Shown: positions 10,070 to 18,285 of the stretch, one piece after another
Layout: every line of letters begins with the position of its first letter
How positions within the stretch are numbered: position 1 is the first letter of the stretch
Source: an uncultured Eubacteriales bacterium
GTDB lineage: Bacteria > Bacillota > Clostridia > UBA1212 > CASDQQ01
Direction of reading: 5' to 3'
DNA: 46,043 nucleotides
Assembly: GCA_949282945.1 (NCBI GenBank)
Contig: CASDQQ010000047.1
Coordinates: 1-46,043 of the forward strand
The notes under the pieces: generated by a model
Told to the model about the DNA's origin: nothing
Seen by the model: only the letters and a program-made list of their open reading frames with translations
Database searches by the model: none
Position numbers and translations under genes: made by a program

Positions 10070-10288
10070 ATGATAATTATAAATCTGGATGTTATGATGG
10101 CTAAAAATAAAATAAGCCTTAGCGAGTTAGCCGAAAAAATAGATATAACCCCCGCTAACCTCTCTATATTAAAAAATCAAAAAGGAAAAGCAATAAGATT
10201 TTCTACTCTTAATGCTATATGTAAAGAACTGCACTGCCAACCGGCGGATATTTTAGAATATGTGGAGGATAAAGAAAATGAAGAATAA
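10070..10288 (+). CDS. Small XRE/Cro-type HTH transcriptional regulator (YozG-like)
   Basis: 72 aa. HTH segment ISLSELAEKIDITPANLSILKNQK. Confidence 0.8.
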   Translation: MIIINLDVMMAKNKISLSELAEKIDITPANLSILKNQKGKAIRFSTLNAICKELHCQPADILEYVEDKENEE

Positions 10289-11723
10289 GGTGAATTTAAT
10301 TTTTATAGGAGCCGTTTTAATAGGACTTACGGCGGCGTTCACATTTGATCTTAGAGCCATAGTAATGCCGCTGCCCATATATTCATGGTCGCTTTTGGCC
10401 CTTGTGACCGTGTTTGACATATCATACTTTATGATAAGCCGGGTAAAAAGAAAAAAGAGTCCGTGGGGAATAATGCTGCTTATATTTAACTGGCTGCTTG
10501 CATTATCGGTATTTATAGGAAATAACAGGACGTGGAGTGCTTTTATATTTCTTGCTCTGCCTTTTCTTATCTCGGCACAGGGTATATTGTTATCCTCTTA
10601 CGAAAATCGGGAATTTCTCGATATATATTTTATACCGGAAATAGCACATGATATTTTAATAAGAGGATTTTCAGGGTGTGGGGATTTTTTCAGAAACATA
10701 AAAAGCGAGCGAGGCGGTAAAAGTGTTTGGGATGCAAAAAAGTTGCTAATAGTTTTATTGGCCCTGGTTTTGGCGGTTCCTGCGGCTATAATAGCGGGAA
10801 GTATACTTGGCTCGGCTGACGAGATATTTGATAATATCATGGGAAATATTTATTTTACTGATATTATCTCGATTTTATGCGGAATCATAATTTTTATACC
10901 TGTATTTTTCCTGTCTGTTTCCTATCTGTATAAGCATGAGAATATACTGGAAAAGAAAGAAGAAGGCAGAAAGTTTTACAGAAAAAATAAAAAAAGGGCA
11001 AAGCTTCCGGCTTTATTCAGCGCGGTGTTTTTGTTTGTAATGAATATAGTGTACACTGTTTTTTCCGCCGTACAGATAATGTATTTTTTCACGGGGAGAA
11101 CGCCCCGGGGTGTCACCCTTAGCGAATATACCGTAAGCGGATTCGGTCAGCTTATATTTTTAACCGTCGCTAATATAGGCCTTTTGACCGTCGCGATCAT
11201 ATTTACTAAGAAAGAGAGCTTTGCCGCCGAGGCAGGCTTTAAAGTAATGGGGGTTTTGTTGATATTGAATAATGCCGTTATGGGAGTTTCGGCGTTTATG
11301 AGACTTTCAAAGTATGAAGAGGCTTATGGTTTTACAAAAATGAGGTTTTACGGATATGTATTACTTGCGGCTACCGGAATATTTTTAATATACACTCTGA
11401 TAAAAATGTGCAATGGGAAATTTCCGATCAGAAAAGCGACTTTTATAAGTGTTATAATTTTTGTAACTGTACTCTCATTTTTTGACACGTCCGGATTCAT
11501 AGCCAGAAAAAATGTAGACAGATATCTTAACGGAGAATCGGATATTATTGATGTTTTTTATCTGGGAGAGCTTGGAGTAAATGCCATACCGGAGCTTGAA
11601 AGGCTTTGCATGAATGCCAAAGACGAAAGCGTCAGAGAACAAGCGCTTAAAGAGATAAAAGATATAAAGAGGTATACCGGAGAAGGAAGCTATCAGACAT
11701 TGAGAGATATCCTGTCTAAATAA
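10278..11723 (+). CDS. Large polytopic membrane protein of unknown function (DUF4153/DUF4173-like)
   Basis: ATG 10278 lies 8 nt after GGAGGA; the track start at 10260 is less likely. Many TM spans and a soluble C-terminal tail. Overlaps the HTH gene by 11 nt. Confidence 0.6.
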   Translation: MKNKVNLIFIGAVLIGLTAAFTFDLRAIVMPLPIYSWSLLALVTVFDISYFMISRVKRKKSPWGIMLLIFNWLLALSVFIGNNRTWSAFIFLALPFLISAQGILLSSYENREFLDIYFIPEIAHDILIRGFSGCGDFFRNIKSERGGKSVWDAKKLLIVLLALVLAVPAAIIAGSILGSADEIFDNIMGNIYFTDIISILCGIIIFIPVFFLSVSYLYKHENILEKKEEGRKFYRKNKKRAKLPALFSAVFLFVMNIVYTVFSAVQIMYFFTGRTPRGVTLSEYTVSGFGQLIFLTVANIGLLTVAIIFTKKESFAAEAGFKVMGVLLILNNAVMGVSAFMRLSKYEEAYGFTKMRFYGYVLLAATGIFLIYTLIKMCNGKFPIRKATFISVIIFVTVLSFFDTSGFIARKNVDRYLNGESDIIDVFYLGELGVNAIPELERLCMNAKDESVREQALKEIKDIKRYTGEGSYQTLRDILSK

Positions 11724-12250
11724 TGCCTCCTTAGAAAATTGGCAAGCGCTCCGAGACATAGTCCCAGTATTATTCCGGTAATGATGTCAGTTGGATAGTG
11801 GACATAAAGATATAGCCGGGAAAAAGCTATAAGGGAAGCTAAGATAAATGACGCATACCCCCATTTCCTGTTCTGGCAGTAAATGATTGTGGCGGCTATA
11901 AAGGAGGATGTGGTATGCCCTGAGGGGAAAGCATAGTCAGTAGGCCTTTTGATAATTATATCTACGGCGGTATTTATATTAAAAGGCCTTATTCTTGCTA
12001 CAAATGGCTTTAAAAAAACGTTGCACACTAAAAATCCCATAAATAATCCGGCAAACAGGGTAATGCCAAGATTTCTGTGTTTTTTTGATATAAAAAACAA
12101 TAGGGCTGTTACTAGCCATATTATTCCAAAATTATCTAAAAAGGATATTGCAGGCATTATAATGTCTAAGAAACTGTTCCTGATATTGGCGTATATAAAA
12201 TCAAGTATTTTTATATCTATTTGAGTAATAAAATTCATTGAAGACCCCAT
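11693..12250 (-). CDS. PAP2-family lipid phosphatase (undecaprenyl-diphosphate/phosphatidic acid phosphatase-like)
   Basis: All three acid-phosphatase motifs are present: KPFVARIRP, PSGH and SRLYLYVHYPTD. The start is uncertain (TTG 12280, ATG 12250 or ATG 12238), and none has a clear RBS. Confidence 0.8.
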   Translation of the reverse strand: MGSSMNFITQIDIKILDFIYANIRNSFLDIIMPAISFLDNFGIIWLVTALLFFISKKHRNLGITLFAGLFMGFLVCNVFLKPFVARIRPFNINTAVDIIIKRPTDYAFPSGHTTSSFIAATIIYCQNRKWGYASFILASLIAFSRLYLYVHYPTDIITGIILGLCLGALANFLRRHYLDRISLNV

Positions 12251-12300
12251 AAAATTTTTTATTAAATATATCACAGGCAACGCATAATTTCAATCGCAGT

Positions 12301-12360
12301 AAAACGCATATACGCCGCGTGAGTTTAAAATAAAACTCAGTGCGGCGTATATCGTTTTAT
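12301..12360 (-). terminator. Intrinsic terminator downstream of the small Cys-rich ORF (hairpin also readable on + strand)
   Basis: ATATACGCCGC (12308-12318) pairs with GCGGCGTATAT (12342-12352). Flanked by AAAACG and CGTTTT. Confidence 0.7.
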
Positions 12361-12427
12361 GTTATAACAATAAAATTACAAAAATGACATTCTTATGTCC
12401 GGCTTATCTTTAGAGGCATTTTTGCTT

Positions 12428-12562
12428 TTAGCAGCAACAGTTATTATTGTTATTATTGCTAAAATTGTTGCATCCGCAGTTATCTCCCAGTACGCAGAAG
12501 ATTATTAATAAGATAATGATCCACCAAATCCAGTCGTCACAATTACATCCAAATCTGCACAT
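12428..12562 (-). CDS. Unannotated 44-aa Cys-rich tiny transmembrane protein (architecture like YjcZ-type tiny TM sporulation proteins)
   Basis: Hand translation gives MCRFGCNCDDWIWWIIILLIIFCVLGDNCGCNNFSNNNNNNCCC*. AGGAGGA lies 8 nt upstream of the ATG (12560-12562). It has its own terminator at 12301-12360. Below the length cutoff of the ORF track. Confidence 0.6.
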   Translation of the reverse strand: MCRFGCNCDDWIWWIIILLIIFCVLGDNCGCNNFSNNNNNNCCC

Positions 12563-12672
12563 ACTAACGATCCTCCTAATAAAATATCTTTTTGTTAAAT
12601 ATATTATGAAAAATTGATTGAATTTGTTACGGATACAGTTTATAATGTGCGAAGGAGAATAAAATTTAGCTT

Positions 12673-13104
12673 ATGAAGAAAAACGAATATATGCTTGCGG
12701 CGATAGAAGAGGCTAAAAAGGCTTTTGACGTTGGAGAAGTTCCCGTAGGCTGTATAATAACCAGAAAAAATGAAATAATCTCAAGGACACACAATTTAAG
12801 AGAAACTGAAAGAAACGCCATTTCCCACGCGGAAATCCTGGCCATAAATGAAGCCTGTTTAAAAAAAGGCGACTGGAGGCTTGACGACTGCGAGATGTAT
12901 GTGACGTTGGAGCCGTGTATGATGTGTACCGGAGCAATATTAAATTCAAGAATAAAAAAGCTTTATTTTGGAGCTTATGATCTTTCTGCGGGTAAAAGCG
13001 ACGAACTTATAAATAAAGGTATAGAATTTTACGGCGGAATCTGTGAAGAGGAATGCCGTTCAATATTAAATAAATTTTTCTGTAAAGTCAGAAACAGGAG
13101 GTAA
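12673..13104 (+). CDS. tadA: tRNA-specific adenosine deaminase
   Basis: 143 aa. Zinc-binding deaminase motifs HAEILAI and PCMMCTGAI. Confidence 0.9.
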   Translation: MKKNEYMLAAIEEAKKAFDVGEVPVGCIITRKNEIISRTHNLRETERNAISHAEILAINEACLKKGDWRLDDCEMYVTLEPCMMCTGAILNSRIKKLYFGAYDLSAGKSDELINKGIEFYGGICEEECRSILNKFFCKVRNRR

Positions 13105-13108
13105 CAAT

Positions 13109-15313
13109 ATGAATATAAGCAAGAAGAAAAGCGACGAGCTTACAGGATTTCAGGAATCCGCTGCATGGGATCCAACCTTTGACCTGAGGACCGACTACGC
13201 GATGCCTTATGGATTTGGTGAAGGAATCACAGACAGGCTTAAAGTATGGAAGGAAAAAGGATATCAGCTGCACTTGATGACGGGTATATCATGGGGAGGA
13301 TATCAGGATTATCTGCTTGGAAAGTATGACGGAAGAGAACACCTTGACGAGGGTCAAAAAGAGTGCAACGACCATGAGATCGTACACGGACATTTGATCC
13401 CCTATATGGTGCCTACCATAGATTTTTCTAATTATATGGTGGAAAAACTGAAGCCTGTGGTAGACGCGGGAGTTATCGCCATACATCTGGAAGAACCGGA
13501 ATTTTGGATGAGAGCCGGATATTCAGAGGCGTTTAAAAGAGAGTGGGAACTTTATTATAAAGAAGACTGGATAGCTCCAAATTCTTCACCGGACGCTCAG
13601 TTCAGGGCTTCTAAATTAAAGGCGTTTTTGTATACAAGAATGTTGGATAGGGTATGCAGCGCTCTTAAAGCTTACGCGAAAACAAGATATAACAGAAATC
13701 TCAGATTTTACGTGCCGACGCACAGTCTCGTAAATTATTCCAACTGGAGCATTATAAGTCCTGAATCCAATTTAATAGATCTGGCCTCTGTGGACGGATA
13801 TATAGCACAGATATGGACGGGAACATCAAGAACTGCAAATTATTATAACGGCGTTTTAAAAGAGAGGACCTTTGAAACCGCGTTTTTAGAGTATGGCGTT
13901 ATGCAGGAGCTTACCAGAGGAACGGGAAGGCGTATGTGGTTCCTTCATGATCCTATAGAAGATAATCCTGGGTATACATGGGAAAATTACAGATATAATT
14001 ATTATAAGACTCTGATAGCGTCACTTTTGCATGATTCGGTGCATCATTATGAGGTTTGTCCGTGGCCTAACCGTGTTTATAACGGAAAGTATCCGAGAAA
14101 TGATCCGGATCCGAAACCTATTCCCCAAACCTATGCTACGGAACTTAATATAATTACAAATGTACTTAGAGATATGGATCAGGAGGATGTGGTATTTGAA
14201 GGCAACGACGCTAACATAGGTATTATGATAGCCGATTCTGCTATGTATCAGCGTATGGATTTCAATAATGACAGAAAAGACGCGTTTGAGCACGGAGATT
14301 TTTCCGGGTTCTTCGGATTGGCCTTCCCTCTTTTAAAACATGGTCTTCCTGTAAGGCCTGTACAGCTCGACAATGTAAGAAGGTTTACTTCATATCTTGA
14401 CGACTATAAAATACTTGTAATGAGTTACGAATACATGAAACCGGAATATCCGGATGTGCACAATGCCATTGCCCAGTGGGTAAGAGACGGAGGGATACTT
14501 ATCTATGTGGGGGACGGTAAGGACCCTTATCACGGCATAAGACACTGGTGGAACCAGGGAAAAAAGAAATATTCAGATCCGTCTCAGCACCTCATAGAAT
14601 CTATGGATAAAGATTCCGGTAAAAGAATTACTTTAGAAAGCGAGGCGGAGGCGATACTTTACAAAGTTGGTTCAGGTATATTGACCGTCGTAAACGATTC
14701 TCCGTGGGATATTGCTAAAGACGCGGGCAAAGCTGAAACATACAGAAATATTGTTAAGTATTCTATGAAAGCCTCCAAGGAAAAACTTTCATGGAAGCCG
14801 TGCAACAGTTTTGTACTTCACAGAGGGCCTTATGTTATAGGCGCGTGCCTTGATGAATCTGTAAATGACAAAAATACGGTCATAAAAGGTAATTTTGTTG
14901 ATTTACTTGAATACAATCTGCCAATAAGAAAGAAAGTAGTATTAAAGCCGGATGAAAACTGTCTTTTATATGATATAGACAAAGTTCCGTTGGGAAAAGC
15001 CGTAGAGGTTGATGAAGGGAAGAAAGCTAAATTTAATATTTTCCCCATTGCCGGAGCGTGCAGAGTTTCCTTTGAGGAGGATTTGATGGGAGACGGCGAG
15101 AATATAGAAGCTGCTTTTAAAGCGGAGGGACCTTTAAATGTACACGGTATAATAAGGTTCGCATATGCGGAAGGGTTTAAGCCGACCAAGTGCGTATCCG
15201 TTATCGGCAAGAAAAAGAAGGAACTAAAAATGAAATTTCATGAAGAGAGCAGAACATTTACCGTTGAGTTTGAAAACAATCCAGACGGAATTGGAATAAT
15301 CTTTGAAGTATGA
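13109..15313 (+). CDS. Uncharacterised 734-aa cytoplasmic protein (possibly a distant GH42-like TIM-barrel plus flavodoxin-like domain architecture)
   Basis: Starts 4 nt after the tadA stop, with AGGAGG inside the tadA 3' end. No signal peptide. Candidate barrel motif HLEEPEFW. The function is not recognised. Confidence 0.6.
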   Translation: MNISKKKSDELTGFQESAAWDPTFDLRTDYAMPYGFGEGITDRLKVWKEKGYQLHLMTGISWGGYQDYLLGKYDGREHLDEGQKECNDHEIVHGHLIPYMVPTIDFSNYMVEKLKPVVDAGVIAIHLEEPEFWMRAGYSEAFKREWELYYKEDWIAPNSSPDAQFRASKLKAFLYTRMLDRVCSALKAYAKTRYNRNLRFYVPTHSLVNYSNWSIISPESNLIDLASVDGYIAQIWTGTSRTANYYNGVLKERTFETAFLEYGVMQELTRGTGRRMWFLHDPIEDNPGYTWENYRYNYYKTLIASLLHDSVHHYEVCPWPNRVYNGKYPRNDPDPKPIPQTYATELNIITNVLRDMDQEDVVFEGNDANIGIMIADSAMYQRMDFNNDRKDAFEHGDFSGFFGLAFPLLKHGLPVRPVQLDNVRRFTSYLDDYKILVMSYEYMKPEYPDVHNAIAQWVRDGGILIYVGDGKDPYHGIRHWWNQGKKKYSDPSQHLIESMDKDSGKRITLESEAEAILYKVGSGILTVVNDSPWDIAKDAGKAETYRNIVKYSMKASKEKLSWKPCNSFVLHRGPYVIGACLDESVNDKNTVIKGNFVDLLEYNLPIRKKVVLKPDENCLLYDIDKVPLGKAVEVDEGKKAKFNIFPIAGACRVSFEEDLMGDGENIEAAFKAEGPLNVHGIIRFAYAEGFKPTKCVSVIGKKKKELKMKFHEESRTFTVEFENNPDGIGIIFEV

Positions 15314-15367
15314 TCGTTTATAAAAAAGTTTGAGCGGCGGTCTGGAACAACTGCAACAGAAAAAGAG

Positions 15368-15410
15368 AAGGCTCAATTTCACGGCTCAATGAAATTGAGC
15401 CTTTATACCG
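15368..15410 (+). terminator. Intrinsic terminator after the 734-aa gene
   Basis: AAGGCTCAATTTC (15368-15380) pairs with GAAATTGAGCCTT (15391-15403), followed by a T-poor tail. Confidence 0.55.
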
Positions 15411-15455
15411 CTATTTTTATGTTTTAAAAGAATATAGGTTTGTCAGCTGTATTGG

Positions 15456-15490
15456 ATCCCGTTGAAAAAATCTACGGGGTTTTTCTTTTT
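15456..15490 (+). terminator. Second (tandem) intrinsic terminator
   Basis: ATCCCGT (15456-15462) pairs with ACGGGGT (15474-15480), followed by TTTTCTTTTT. Confidence 0.6.
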
Positions 15491-15576
15491 AATATTTCTT
15501 AAACATTTTTCAAAACTTTTAAAAACAACTGCAGGATAAAATAAAATCATAAAATCAAAGAAGGGAGATTGTTATA

Positions 15577-15792
15577 ATGTCTAAATTTGTTGAAGTGAAT
15601 GAAAAGATAGCTGAAGCGGTAGCTGAAGGTTATAAGAAAATCGAAGATGGAGTTGTAGGAGGCTACAAAAAAATTGAAAAAGGCGCTGTCGACGGCTTTA
15701 ATAAGGTGAATGATAAGATTATTGAAAAGGTTTTCACCAAAGAAGGCGAAACGGTAGAAGACGCTAAGAAGAGACTTTCGGGAAAGCAGTAG
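15577..15792 (+). CDS. Small hydrophilic repeat protein of unknown function
   Basis: 71 aa with GAAGGGAGA RBS. Three roughly 12-aa repeats: EGYKKIEDGVVG, GYKKIEKGAVDG and FNKVNDKIIEK. Confidence 0.6.
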   Translation: MSKFVEVNEKIAEAVAEGYKKIEDGVVGGYKKIEKGAVDGFNKVNDKIIEKVFTKEGETVEDAKKRLSGKQ

Positions 15793-16189
15793 GATAAATA
15801 GGCTATTGTATCGGAATACATGAAAAGACTTGGCTGATATGTGCAAGGAGACCATTTAACGTGGTATTATAATTTGCCGCATGTCCGGGCTTTTCCTTGC
15901 CTGGTAGAAGGTAAAAATTAAGTATTCACAATGTATTTTGAAAGTTACAGACTAATTGATAAAATAAGCGTTTTGCTTTTTCCCGCAATGTCAAAATATA
16001 TCTGAACGCGCAGAACTCTTTTCATATAGATAGAAACTCTACTTGACTTTTGATTACATAAAAGAAAACACGGAGGTTATTATATGTATATTTAAAGATC
16101 GTTATAGTTGGTAATACATAAAACTCCGCGCTTGGGAAATGCTGTTTATCGGGCTGCAAAGATGCGTTTTAGAAGTGGTTGTATCAGAC

Positions 16190-16217
16190 AGGCAGGGGAA
16201 TTTAAGTTTCCCTGCCT
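16190..16217. terminator. GC-rich hairpin 13 nt beyond the alcohol dehydrogenase stop (terminator candidate, strand ambiguous)
   Basis: AGGCAGGG (16190-16197) pairs with CCCTGCCT (16210-16217). A T-rich tail is seen only on the + strand reading, and there is no U-tract on the - strand. Confidence 0.4.
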
Positions 16218-16230
16218 ATTCTTATAATTT

Positions 16231-17403
16231 TTATCTGTAAGATTTTTCTAAAATCTCCATTATGTCTTTGTCTGTAAGTGTTACGCAGTCCTGAGAATAC
16301 ATATTTCCGCCCACTTTACGGGACATTGATATAATTTCAGGAAATTTTTCTTTTGATATTCCGAAATCAGACATTTTGAGAGAATCAACACCGCATTCTT
16401 TCTGAAGCTCCACCAGTCTGTCTACAAAATCCATGGGGTCCTCAGCGCTTTTTGCTCCCAGAGCCCTGGCCATATCTATCATACGCCTGTCACAGGCGCC
16501 GCTTTTGGCAAAAAATGTATAGTATTCTCGACTTATCATTATGAGACCCGCTCCATGAGGAAGATCTGGATAAAGACCGCTCATACCGTGCTCTATGGAA
16601 TGCTCGCTAGTACAGCAGGAGGTGGATTCGACTATTCCCGACATTGTGTTCGCCAGAGCTATGTTAGCCCTTGCGCCGTCGTCATTTCCGTCGGCAACTG
16701 CCGCCGCAAGATTTTTTCCTATAAGTTCTATGGCCTTTAAAGCATAGATATCGCTTATAGGAGTAGCAATAATATTTATATAGCCTTCAGTGCTGTGAAA
16801 GAGAGCGTCAAAACCCTGGTATGCTGTGTATACTCGAGGCACGGATTTCATCAGATCCGGATCTACGACAGAAAGGACAGGATATGTATCATCACAGCCA
16901 AAACCTATTTTTTCTTTTAGCTCTGTATTGGTTATTACCATCCAGGGGTCGGCCTCGGTTCCGGTTCCGGCGCTTGTGGTTACTGCTACCATGGGGAGAG
17001 CTTTATTGGGTATTGGAAGGGCTTTTCCTGAACCTCCGGTGAAATAGTCCCACAGATCGCCGGGATTTGCAGCCATTATGGCCGTAGCTTTTGCGGAATC
17101 CATTGCGGAGCCTCCGCCAAGGCCTATTATGAAATCGCAATTTTCTGCTTTAGCCATGGAAGCAGCTTCCATAACCCCGTCCTTTGTGGGATTTGGCTGA
17201 ACTTTGTCATATACTGCGTAGGAAATTCCTGCTTTTTCCAGTTGGGACTGCAGTCTTGCGAGATACCCATACTTTTTTACTGATTTTCCGGAAGAAATAA
17301 CAATAAGAGCTTTCCGACCTGGAAGGTTTTGGGTGTGAAGTCTATCGAGCTGACCCTTTCCGAAAAGTATTCTTGTAGGTATATAATAATCAAAACCTTT
17401 CAT
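16231..17403 (-). CDS. Iron-containing (class III) alcohol dehydrogenase
   Basis: 390 aa. GLGGGSAMDSAKA nucleotide-binding block. Metal-binding His cluster HSIEHGMSGLYPDLPHGAG. Confidence 0.9.
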   Translation of the reverse strand: MKGFDYYIPTRILFGKGQLDRLHTQNLPGRKALIVISSGKSVKKYGYLARLQSQLEKAGISYAVYDKVQPNPTKDGVMEAASMAKAENCDFIIGLGGGSAMDSAKATAIMAANPGDLWDYFTGGSGKALPIPNKALPMVAVTTSAGTGTEADPWMVITNTELKEKIGFGCDDTYPVLSVVDPDLMKSVPRVYTAYQGFDALFHSTEGYINIIATPISDIYALKAIELIGKNLAAAVADGNDDGARANIALANTMSGIVESTSCCTSEHSIEHGMSGLYPDLPHGAGLIMISREYYTFFAKSGACDRRMIDMARALGAKSAEDPMDFVDRLVELQKECGVDSLKMSDFGISKEKFPEIISMSRKVGGNMYSQDCVTLTDKDIMEILEKSYR

Positions 17404-17555
17404 AAAACGACCTCCTAGATACTAATGTATAATAAATAGTTTATCACAAAAATATACCTTGTAAAGAAGGCTGTTAAAAGATAAGATCTCTTATATATTT
17501 GACTTTAGGTCTACACGGAGATATATTTATATGAAAAGTCCGGGAGAAAAAATAT

Positions 17556-18248
17556 ATGGATTTTAGCATTGAACGGTGGATGGAAATATATTTAACAGAA
17601 CTGAAGAAAACATTCGGAGAGAGGATCTGGTTTGTCGGATTGCAGGGAAGCTATGGCAGAGGAGAGGCCGACGAAAACAGCGATATCGATACGGTGGCAA
17701 TTCTTGACAGGATAGGACCGGAGGATTTGGAACTTTACGGTAAAATGCTGTATAAGCTGCCCTGCAGTGAAAAGACCTGCGGATTTATCTCGGGAAAAGC
17801 CGAGCTTTTCGCCTGGGAAAAATCCGACTTGTTTCAGTTTTGTTTTGATACAAAGCCTGTAATAGGAAGTCTAAATGAAATAAAGGAAAAGATTACGATA
17901 ACGGACGTACTTCGAGCGGTGCGTATAGGAGCCTGTAATGTATATCATGGCTGTTCTCATAATTTAGTCCATGAAAAGAGTCTTGATATACTTAAAGGGC
18001 TTTATAAATCAGCCGTGTTTACCTTGCAGGCCATAGTGTTTTTACAAAACGGAGAATATAAGCACAAAAAGGAAGAACTTATTGAAAATCTGTATGGGCG
18101 AGACCGGAACATTTTGGAAAACAGCTTAAAATTAAAACGTGAAAAGGAACTTTCATTGGAGGAGTTTAAAAATATTTCAAAAGAGCTTCTTTTATGGGCT
18201 TCTTATTGGATTTATCAAAGTAAGGAAAGAAAATACGTAGAAAAATAG
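17556..18248 (+). CDS. Pol-beta superfamily nucleotidyltransferase with C-terminal helical domain (KNTase-like architecture)
   Basis: 230 aa. NTase signature GSYGRGEADENSDIDT. Helical tail of about 120 aa. Substrate unknown. Confidence 0.65.
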   Translation: MDFSIERWMEIYLTELKKTFGERIWFVGLQGSYGRGEADENSDIDTVAILDRIGPEDLELYGKMLYKLPCSEKTCGFISGKAELFAWEKSDLFQFCFDTKPVIGSLNEIKEKITITDVLRAVRIGACNVYHGCSHNLVHEKSLDILKGLYKSAVFTLQAIVFLQNGEYKHKKEELIENLYGRDRNILENSLKLKREKELSLEEFKNISKELLLWASYWIYQSKERKYVEK

Positions 18249-18285
18249 CAGCGCTATCGAAAAAAATATATAAGGAGAGTATAAA

